A stretch of 64,000 bases of DNA from an uncultured Acidobacteriota bacterium (GTDB lineage Bacteria; Acidobacteriota; Thermoanaerobaculia; UBA5066): NCBI GenBank assembly GCA_963779415.1, contig CAVZYA010000002.1:1712050-1776049 (forward strand), given 5' to 3'. A model generated the notes under the pieces. The model did no database searches, was not told the origin of the DNA, and was given only the letters and a program-made list of their open reading frames with translations. This document shows, in pieces, positions 9,329-16,128 of the stretch. The first letter of the stretch is position 1; each line of letters opens with the position of its first letter. A program made the position numbers and the translations under genes.

Positions 9329-9753
9329 TCGCGGTCGACACGAACATCCTCGTCTATGCCCACCGGGCCCGCGTCCCCGAGCACCGGGCGGCACTCCGGG
9401 CTCTCGAGCGCGCGCGGCGAGACCCGCGCGGCTGGGGGGTCGCCCTGAGAAGTGTCGTCGAGTTCTGGAGTGTCGTCACGCATCCCGCTGCGAGGGGACG
9501 GCCGTCATCGCCGGCCGAGGCCCATGCCTTCTTCGAGACGCTGACGAGGGACGCGGGCGGGCGAGTCTGGCTGCCCGGGGAGAGGTTCCGCGAACACCTG
9601 CTCGCCCTCGCCGCGCGGCTTGAGGTTCGAGGACCGAGGATCTTCGACCTCGAGATCGCGCTGACGGCCTTCGAAAACGGCGCCTCGGAGCTCTGGACCC
9701 TCGATGGGCACTTCGTGACGGTCCCCGGCCTCGAGGTCCGCCGGCCGTTCTGA
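9325..9753 (+). CDS. vapC: VapC-family PIN-domain toxin
   Basis: MIAVDTNILVYA, VVEFW, IFDLEIA, TLDGHF: conserved PIN acidic residues. Confidence 0.88.
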   Translation: MIAVDTNILVYAHRARVPEHRAALRALERARRDPRGWGVALRSVVEFWSVVTHPAARGRPSSPAEAHAFFETLTRDAGGRVWLPGERFREHLLALAARLEVRGPRIFDLEIALTAFENGASELWTLDGHFVTVPGLEVRRPF

Positions 9754-9895
9754 CGCGACTTAGCCGTTTATCGCTTCAAAGGGGACGGCGGCTTGGCCTC
9801 TTTCCCTGACCGGCGTGCGAAGAGTCGCGCGCCGGTTCACCTGCATCATGGAGGGGCGCTCCGGGACGGCCGGATATTGGAATCCGAGGTGCACC

Positions 9896-10333
9896 ATGCC
9901 TGACCTCCTGAAGAGAGCTTCGAAGCCGGTCGTCTGCGTGGACGGGAAGGTCTCCGTCGAGGAGGCGGTCCGGACGATGGTCGAGCGGAAGATCGGCGCC
10001 GTCGTCGTGACGGAGAAGGGGCGCGTCGCCGGCATCTTCTCCGAGCGCGACCTGATGCAGCGCGTCGTCCTCAAGAAGCTCGACCCGGTGAAGACTTCCG
10101 TCGCGAAGGTGATGACGGCGCCGGTCGTCAGCGCCTCCGTGGACGGCGACGAGGAGGAGGCGGTCGCGGCGATGGTCGAGAAGCACATCCGCCACGTCCC
10201 GGTCGTCGACCGGCGGAAGCACCCGGTGGGGATGCTCTCCTTCCGCGATGTCATGCGGAGCCGCGTCGACGACCTGAAGCACGAGGTGCAGGCGCTCGAG
10301 GCGTACCTCGGCTACGACGGCGTCTCGGGCTGA
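9896..10333 (+). CDS. Stand-alone CBS-pair protein
   Basis: KIGAVVV...GIFSERDL...VMT...HIRHVPVVD...GMLSFRDV. Confidence 0.88.
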   Translation: MPDLLKRASKPVVCVDGKVSVEEAVRTMVERKIGAVVVTEKGRVAGIFSERDLMQRVVLKKLDPVKTSVAKVMTAPVVSASVDGDEEEAVAAMVEKHIRHVPVVDRRKHPVGMLSFRDVMRSRVDDLKHEVQALEAYLGYDGVSG

Positions 10334-10335
10334 CC

Positions 10336-10725
10336 GTGGAGATCCGATTCCCGGGAGGCGCCGTGGTCGAGGCGCTCACCCGGGGCCTCACGATCCGGAC
10401 CGACCAGCCGCTCGAAGACGGCGGGACGAACTCGGCGGCCTCCCCGTTCGACCTCTTCCTCGCCTCCCTTGGGACGTGCGCCGGGTACTACGCGCTCGGC
10501 TTCTGCAGGGAGCGGTCGATTCCGACGGACGGTCTCGCTCTCACGCTCACGACCGAGCGGGACGAGATTCGGAGGCGTCTCGCGAAGATCCGGATCGAGA
10601 TCCGCCTTCCGGAGGGCTTTCCCGAGAAGTATAAGGGCGCGATCCTCCGGGCCGTCGACCAGTGCAGCGTCAAGCGCCACGTCGTCGAGGCGCCCGCGTT
10701 CGAGGTCGTCACGGTCGACGAGTAG
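10336..10725 (+). CDS. OsmC family protein
   Basis: TDQPLEDGG...SPFDLFLASLGTCAG...DQCSVK, two conserved Cys. Confidence 0.85.
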   Translation: MEIRFPGGAVVEALTRGLTIRTDQPLEDGGTNSAASPFDLFLASLGTCAGYYALGFCRERSIPTDGLALTLTTERDEIRRRLAKIRIEIRLPEGFPEKYKGAILRAVDQCSVKRHVVEAPAFEVVTVDE

Positions 10726-11101
10726 CGTCTCCGGATCGGGGTGGGCCGCCCGCGCTCTCCGGCGTCTCGAGGCCGTAGCGTTTTCGCAGCCGGGCGGTTT
10801 CGAAGACGAGCGCCGAGAGTGCCGTCAGGAGCGTGACGGCGCCGAGGATGACCGCGAGACGCGTCCAGGGCTGGCCGAGGTCTCGACGGAGGTGGACGAA
10901 GAAGACCGTCGTCCGAAGCCACTCCGCGGTCCCGAGAGCGAGAGCGGCCTGGAGAGTCCGCGCGGCCCACGGCCTCGGCACCGCGAGAAACGTGAAAAGG
11001 AGAAGGGACAGCGCCGCGGCAGGGAGGTTTCCGGCGCGATAGAAGTGGGCTCCGAGAACAAGGAGAGAGAGAGCGGGCGGGAGGACGAGAAGAGCGGTCA
11101 C
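10709..11101 (-). CDS. Hypothetical 4-TM membrane protein
   Basis: Hydrophobic throughout with LGAHFYRAG, AEW and GQPWTRLAVILG; starts 3 nt after the ygbA-like gene. Confidence 0.7.
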   Translation of the reverse strand: MTALLVLPPALSLLVLGAHFYRAGNLPAAALSLLLFTFLAVPRPWAARTLQAALALGTAEWLRTTVFFVHLRRDLGQPWTRLAVILGAVTLLTALSALVFETARLRKRYGLETPESAGGPPRSGDATRRP

Positions 11102-11104
11102 CGT

Positions 11105-11461
11105 TCACGCCTCCCGCGGCGAAGGCGAGCGCCGCGGCCGGTCCGGCGCCTTCCGCCGTCCGTCGACGACGTGCATGAGCGCGAGGTACGGGTGCCGGAG
11201 GATCATCCGCGGCCCGGCGTACTTCATGACGACGCGGATCCGCTCCCGCATCGTCTGCTGATAGCAATGGATCGGGCAGTTGACGCAGGTCGGCTTCGTC
11301 TCGCCGTAGGGGCAGCGCTCGAGGCGCTTTTCGGCATAGGCCTCGAGCTCGTCGCACTCCGTGCAAAGACGGGCCGCCGGATGGTGGCGGTCCGCGCAGT
11401 GAAGCGCGATCATCGTCCGAATCGTCTTCCACTCGCGGGCGTTCCGGCGTCTCGGACTCAT
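11105..11461 (-). CDS. YgbA / nitrous oxide-stimulated promoter family protein
   Basis: REWKTIRTMIALHC...LCTECDEL..YA.KRLERCPYGETKPTCVNCPIHCY...VMKYAGPRMILRHP. Confidence 0.85.
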   Translation of the reverse strand: MSPRRRNAREWKTIRTMIALHCADRHHPAARLCTECDELEAYAEKRLERCPYGETKPTCVNCPIHCYQQTMRERIRVVMKYAGPRMILRHPYLALMHVVDGRRKAPDRPRRSPSPREA

Positions 11462-11532
11462 CCGGCGCCCATTCTAGAAACGTGGAGAGCCGCGCGGTAT
11501 GACGCGCGTCAGGTGAGCCCGGGATCGGCCCT

Positions 11533-11835
11533 TCAGCTCTTCGTCGTGTGGCAGATGTCCTGCGGCTCGGTGACCATCCCGTCCGAGAGGAGCTCGGTCG
11601 TCTGCACGTGAACCACGATGCGGGAGCCGTCGTCCGTGGTGTGCTCGATGCCGGTCCTGCCGCAGAGAGGGCATGTGGCGACCGGTCCCTCCAGAGGCAC
11701 GTCCATGCCGGGGGCCAGTCTCGCGAAGTTCTGCACCGTGACGATCCGCTCGCCGGGGCCCGTGCACTCGGGGGTCCGGTCGGGGCAGTCGATGAGCTGG
11801 CAGATGAACCCGGTCTTTTTCGCCGCCGTCAACAT
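11533..11835 (-). CDS. Small Cys/His-rich hypothetical protein
   Basis: MLTAAKK...CQLIDCPDRTPEC...CPLCG...H...H...CH; GAGGAGAAGG upstream; GC3-biased codons. Confidence 0.6.
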   Translation of the reverse strand: MLTAAKKTGFICQLIDCPDRTPECTGPGERIVTVQNFARLAPGMDVPLEGPVATCPLCGRTGIEHTTDDGSRIVVHVQTTELLSDGMVTEPQDICHTTKS

Positions 11836-11885
11836 CGCCTTCTCCTCTCGTACAGCGTAGGTCCGGGGCCGTCGGGAATCGCTGA

Positions 11886-12704
11886 TCAAGATGCACCATC
11901 GGCCGGAACGAGAATCCGTCCGCCGACGAGCGTCCGGAAGAGCGCGGTGAGCGCGCGGGGGGAGAGGTCGCGGCGATGGCGGGCCGGGAGCCCGTCCAGC
12001 GCTGCGGCGAGCGTTCGGCCGGCCGCGAGCGCCGAGACGAGCGCGAACGCGCCCGGCGAGAGATCCAGCCGCCTTACGGCGAAGCCGCGCCGGAAGAGGA
12101 GCGACGACGTGAGGCGCGGGCGCGGCCTTCGGCGGGGCGAGCGTCCTTCACGCACGGTGTCGAGGTACGGCCCGACGGGATGGCCGAGCCGGAGGAGAGC
12201 GAGCGGCGTCGCGGAGCGGAACGTCGTGGCGGGACCGGGCGGCGCGACGCGTGCCGTGGCCGGAGCCGGGGCGACGGCGTCGAAGATCTCCGTGACGGTG
12301 TGTTCGAGTCGCGCGAGATCCGCGAGGAACCGGCGGTCCGGGCGGTGCGAGCGCGCGAGGTACTCCGGGACGTGGTCGCCGAGCCGGTTGAGCGTGTGGC
12401 TCCGCGACGGGTGCCGGGCGACGTAGGCGCAGACGAAGTCCGCGAATCCGTCCGGGCCGAGAGCGTGCGCGAGACCGGGGTAGTCGGCCGCGAGCGCCTC
12501 GCGCATCCGGAGGAGGTACATCCCCTGATAGATCCCGATCCGCTCCACCGCCGACAGCGCTCGCGACGGGCGGAGCACGTCCTCGGGCGTGGCACCCCGA
12601 AGCTCGCGGCGGGCCGCGCGCAAGGCCGCGGAACTCGTCTCGCCCGGATCGACGACGACGCCCTGGACGAAGCGCTGAAGACGTCGAAGCGCTGGGTCAG
12701 CCAA
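11886..12704 (-). CDS. DUF2063-type MNIO partner protein (peptide recognition)
   Basis: LRRLQRF...ERIGIYQGMYLLRMREALAADYPGL...YVARHPSRSHTLNRLGDHVPEYL...DLARLE; overlaps the MNIO stop. Confidence 0.85.
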   Translation of the reverse strand: MADPALRRLQRFVQGVVVDPGETSSAALRAARRELRGATPEDVLRPSRALSAVERIGIYQGMYLLRMREALAADYPGLAHALGPDGFADFVCAYVARHPSRSHTLNRLGDHVPEYLARSHRPDRRFLADLARLEHTVTEIFDAVAPAPATARVAPPGPATTFRSATPLALLRLGHPVGPYLDTVREGRSPRRRPRPRLTSSLLFRRGFAVRRLDLSPGAFALVSALAAGRTLAAALDGLPARHRRDLSPRALTALFRTLVGGRILVPADGAS

Positions 12705-13557
12705 CGGCGCTCCTCGGGACTCTCCCGGCCTTGCGGGGTCGGAAGGCGAGCGCCTTCATCGCCTCGGCGCGGACGACGGCGAAGGGAGGAATCTCCTCGT
12801 CCCACTCGAGAAGGGTCGAGACGGGTCCGATCCTCTCGAGAAGCCGCGCGTAGAGCCGCCAGACCTCGCTCACGACGTGGTCGCTGTGCGTGTCGAGGAT
12901 GTAGTCCCCTTTGCGGGTGTGGCCGGCAAGGTGGACCTGGACCACCCGCCCGCCCGGGATCGCGTCGAGGTACGTCCCGGCGTCGAAACCGTGGTTGAAG
13001 GCGCTGACGAAGACGTTGTTCACGTCCAGAAGGAGGCCGCAGTCGGCCTCCTCGGCCATCCGGCCGATGAACTCCCACTCCGGCATCGAGCTCGAGGCGT
13101 ACTCCATGTAGCTCGAGGGGTTCTCAAGGACGAGCGGGCGCCCGAGGAGGTCCGAGGCTTCCCGGATCCGCCGGACGACGTGGCGGAGCGTCGCCTCGTC
13201 GTACGGGATCGGAAGGAGGTCGTGCGTATTTCGTCCCGCGACGCCCGTGAAGCAGACGTGGTCCGAGACCCAGACCGCCTTCAACCGGTCGGCGAGGGCC
13301 CGGACCTTCGCGAGGTAGGCGCGGTCGAGCCGGTCCGTCCCGCCGATCGAGAGGGAGACGCCGTGGAGGACGACGGGATAGCGCTCCGCCACGAGGTCGA
13401 GGACCCGGAGCGGACGCCCCCCCGTGTCGAGGAAGTTCTCCGTGATGGCTTCGAACCAGTCGACGTCGGGCCACCGGCGGAGGAGCGTCGGGAAATGCGC
13501 CGTCCGGAGGCCGACGCCGATGCCGAGATCTGGGAGGTCGAATCGGTTCTCTTTCAC
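12697..13557 (-). CDS. DUF692 multinuclear non-heme iron oxidative enzyme (MNIO)
   Basis: GVGLR, WFEAITENF, LHGVSLSIG, WVSDHVCF, HDLLPIPY, LENPSSY, LLLDVNN, QVHLAGH, ILDTH, TLLEWD. Confidence 0.95.
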   Translation of the reverse strand: MKENRFDLPDLGIGVGLRTAHFPTLLRRWPDVDWFEAITENFLDTGGRPLRVLDLVAERYPVVLHGVSLSIGGTDRLDRAYLAKVRALADRLKAVWVSDHVCFTGVAGRNTHDLLPIPYDEATLRHVVRRIREASDLLGRPLVLENPSSYMEYASSSMPEWEFIGRMAEEADCGLLLDVNNVFVSAFNHGFDAGTYLDAIPGGRVVQVHLAGHTRKGDYILDTHSDHVVSEVWRLYARLLERIGPVSTLLEWDEEIPPFAVVRAEAMKALAFRPRKAGRVPRSAVG

Positions 13558-13573
13558 GTGTCACCTCCCGGCC

Positions 13574-13618
13574 CGCCGGGGGGCGGAGGACCCCCCAAGC
13601 CCCTCCGCCCGCCCGGCG
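13574..13618. other. Strong intergenic stem-loop between precursor and MNIO genes
   Basis: CGCCGGG-GGGCGGAGG (13574-13589) pairs with CCTCCGCCC-g-CCCGGCG (13602-13618): 16 bp with one bulge and no U-tract. Confidence 0.7.
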
Positions 13619-13632
13619 TCCGAGATCGCCGC

Positions 13633-13995
13633 TTACGCGGCCTTCTTGACCGGGACGGCGCAGCCGCCCTTTCCCTTGCACGAGTTCTTGCCGGCGCAGC
13701 CGTTGTCGCCGCTCTGGCAGCCCCCGAGCCCCTTGCACGTGTTCATTCCGGCGCAGCCGTGTTTCGCGGACTCCGAGGCGCAGCCCCCCTTTCCCTTGCA
13801 CGAGTTCTTGCCGGCGCAGCCGTTGTCGCCGCTCTGACAGCCGCCCTTCCCCTTGCACGAGTTCTTGCCGGCGCAGATGTGCTTCTCCGGGCCGGACGCC
13901 GTCTTCGCCTTGTCGTCCGCCAGAAGAGTCTTGCCGGCCACGATGCCGGCGAAGGCGGCGCTGAGGGCCCGGGTCGTGAACTCGCGTCGATTCAT
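13633..13995 (-). CDS. Cys-rich RiPP precursor (bufferin BufA2-like) with twin-arginine-like signal
   Basis: MNRREFTTRALSAAFAGIVAGKTLLA, then 4x CAG(K/M)N(S/T)CKG(K/L)GGC (12 Cys); AAGGAG RBS; directly upstream of DUF692/DUF2063. Confidence 0.88.
   Translation of the reverse strand: MNRREFTTRALSAAFAGIVAGKTLLADDKAKTASGPEKHICAGKNSCKGKGGCQSGDNGCAGKNSCKGKGGCASESAKHGCAGMNTCKGLGGCQSGDNGCAGKNSCKGKGGCAVPVKKAA
13657..13883. repeat. Intragenic tandem duplication with 120-nt period
   Basis: CCTTTCCCTTGCACGAGTTCTTGCCGGCGCAGCCGTTGTCGCCGCTCTG recurs identically at a 120-nt offset. Confidence 0.9.
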
Positions 13996-14083
13996 GTCGT
14001 TCGTCTCCTTCTCTCTTGTTGAGATTGTATCTCTGTCTCTATTGGGCGGATATGCCGGGAGACGGCCGGACGTTTCGCAGGAC

Positions 14084-16045
14084 TCAGCGCGAGACGCGGG
14101 CGAGGGCGCGCAGGACCTCGGCGACGCTCCACGCTTGTGCCGGACAGCCGCCCGGACGGTGGGGAGGGTCGCCGTCGAACAGCTCCGGGAGCTGGCCGAC
14201 CCCCTCCGCGGGGAGGAAGTCGAGCAGAGGCCGGAGAAGCGCGCGCACTTCCGCGCGCGTCCGGGGCGAGTCCCCTTTCACCCGGAGAAGGGCGTCCACG
14301 AAGGGGCCGAGAAGCCAGGGCCAGACGGTCCCCTGGTGGTAGGCGCGGTCGCGCGCCCCGGCGTCCCCGTCGTACCGCCCGACGTAGCGCGGATCCCTCG
14401 GAGAGAGCGTCCGGAGACCGTACGGCGTCAGGAGATCGCGGGTCACGACCGCAAGGACGCTCCGGGCCATCTCCTCGTCCAGCATCGAGTGCGGAAGCGA
14501 GGCCGCGAAGAGCTGGTTCGGCCGGATCGACGGGTCGCGGGTGCCGCCGTCCACGACGTCGAAAAGTCCGCCACCTCGTTCGTCCGGGAAAAGGCGAAGA
14601 AAGCTCTCTCTCGCCTGCGCCGCCATCGCGCCGAATCGCGCGGCGGCGGCGGCCTCGCCGAAGCGGCCCGCAAGCTCTTCCATCGTCCGGAGGGCGTTGA
14701 ACCAGAGCGCCTCCACTTCGACCGGCTTTCCCCGGCGCGGCGTGACGGGCTCGCCGTCCACGCGGGCATCCATCCAGGTCAACGCCACGCCCGGAGCGCC
14801 GGAGACGAGGAGGCCATCCGTATCGAGGTGTATGCCGAATCGCGTCCCCGCGACATGCCGGTCGAGGACCTCCGAAAGGACCCCCCAGAGACGCTGGCGG
14901 ACCCATTCGGCGTCGCCGGTGGCCTCGACGAACCGCCGAACCGCCTCGATGAACCAGAGCGTCGCATCGACGGCGTTGTACCCGGGGGAACCGTCCTCGT
15001 CGGGGAAGTGGCTCGGCACCATCCCCTCGCTCGCGTGCCGGGCCCAAGAGAAGAGGATCTTCCGCGCCATCTCCGGCCGTCCGGTCGCGAGCGTCAGGCC
15101 CGGGAGGGAGATCATGGCGTCGCGCCCCCAGTCGGAGAACCACGGATACCCCGCGATGACCGTCGTCCCGCCGTCGCGCGCGACGAGGAACTGGTCGGCG
15201 GCGCGGGCCAGAAGGGGGAGTGACGGGTACTCTCCCCCGACGGCGAGAGCAAGCTCTCTTCGGCGCGTCAGCTCGTTCTTTGTCAGAAGGTGAATCTCGG
15301 CCGACGTGTGCCGTCGGGTCGATGCGATGACGGTCGCGCCGCGGTGCGCCGCTCCGGCGAGGTCGAACGTCAGGACGAAGGGCTGGAAGAGGTCCTCGGT
15401 GAAGTCGAAGCCCCGCCGGCGCTCCTCGTCGTATTCGAAGGAGCGGTACCAGTGCCCGGTCAGGGCGAGTCCGCCGTCGTGGGCGACGTGGAGAGGCGGA
15501 AGACCGGGGTAGGGAGCCACGGTCGCCGCGCCCGGGTCGACGGCGACGCCCGGGTCCAGCGCGCCGTTCTCGCGCGTCAGGGCGTGGTGGTCGCGGAAGG
15601 CGATGAGGGGGCGGACCTCGAGCCGTGCCGTGCCGGCCGACAGGAGCCGATAGCCGACGACCGTCGTGTTCTCTCCATGGACCATGAAGAGCGTCTTTTC
15701 GAGCGTCGCGCCGCCGGCTTCGAAGATCCACGTCGGAAAGGGATCGACGCGGAACCCCCCGAGGAAGCGGTACCCCTCGGGGTGGAGCCCGCCCGGATAC
15801 CGATTCGTGGAGAGCTCGATCCGCTCGCCCGCGACGACGAGCGTCTCTTCGAGCCTCGACAGCAGAACTCTCCGACCGGTCGGGGGATGCGTCGGGGCGA
15901 CGAGGAGCCCGTGATAACGGCGCGTGTTCAGGCACGGGATCGTCGAGGACGCATACCCGCCGAGGCCGTTCGTCTCCAGCCATTCGCGGGTGGACGCCCT
16001 CGCGAGATCGCGGCAGACGTCGGGGCCGAACGAGAGGAGCGGCAT
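14084..16045 (-). CDS. Amylo-alpha-1,6-glucosidase / glycogen debranching family protein
   Basis: REWLETNGLGGYASST, RRYHGLL, IAGYPWFSDWGRDAMISLPG, TWMDA, RPNQL, YHQGTVWPWL, QAWSVAE. Confidence 0.9.
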   Translation of the reverse strand: MPLLSFGPDVCRDLARASTREWLETNGLGGYASSTIPCLNTRRYHGLLVAPTHPPTGRRVLLSRLEETLVVAGERIELSTNRYPGGLHPEGYRFLGGFRVDPFPTWIFEAGGATLEKTLFMVHGENTTVVGYRLLSAGTARLEVRPLIAFRDHHALTRENGALDPGVAVDPGAATVAPYPGLPPLHVAHDGGLALTGHWYRSFEYDEERRRGFDFTEDLFQPFVLTFDLAGAAHRGATVIASTRRHTSAEIHLLTKNELTRRRELALAVGGEYPSLPLLARAADQFLVARDGGTTVIAGYPWFSDWGRDAMISLPGLTLATGRPEMARKILFSWARHASEGMVPSHFPDEDGSPGYNAVDATLWFIEAVRRFVEATGDAEWVRQRLWGVLSEVLDRHVAGTRFGIHLDTDGLLVSGAPGVALTWMDARVDGEPVTPRRGKPVEVEALWFNALRTMEELAGRFGEAAAAARFGAMAAQARESFLRLFPDERGGGLFDVVDGGTRDPSIRPNQLFAASLPHSMLDEEMARSVLAVVTRDLLTPYGLRTLSPRDPRYVGRYDGDAGARDRAYHQGTVWPWLLGPFVDALLRVKGDSPRTRAEVRALLRPLLDFLPAEGVGQLPELFDGDPPHRPGGCPAQAWSVAEVLRALARVSR

Positions 16046-16128
16046 GAGGGATCCCCTAGTTTGAGGCCGTCTCCCGATTCGGGCGGAGAGGACCGTCGAA
16101 CCCGGGGGCCCCGGGGGGAATCGGCTGC

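Noticed and set aside
13657-13883. Repeats resembling a mini CRISPR array
   Set aside because: In-frame coding repeats of the precursor with synonymous variation, no unique spacers and no cas genes.
14051-14076. ECF-like promoter GAAAC-N16-GCATA upstream of the RiPP precursor
   Set aside because: Single short occurrence with no cognate sigma gene in the window; could be chance.
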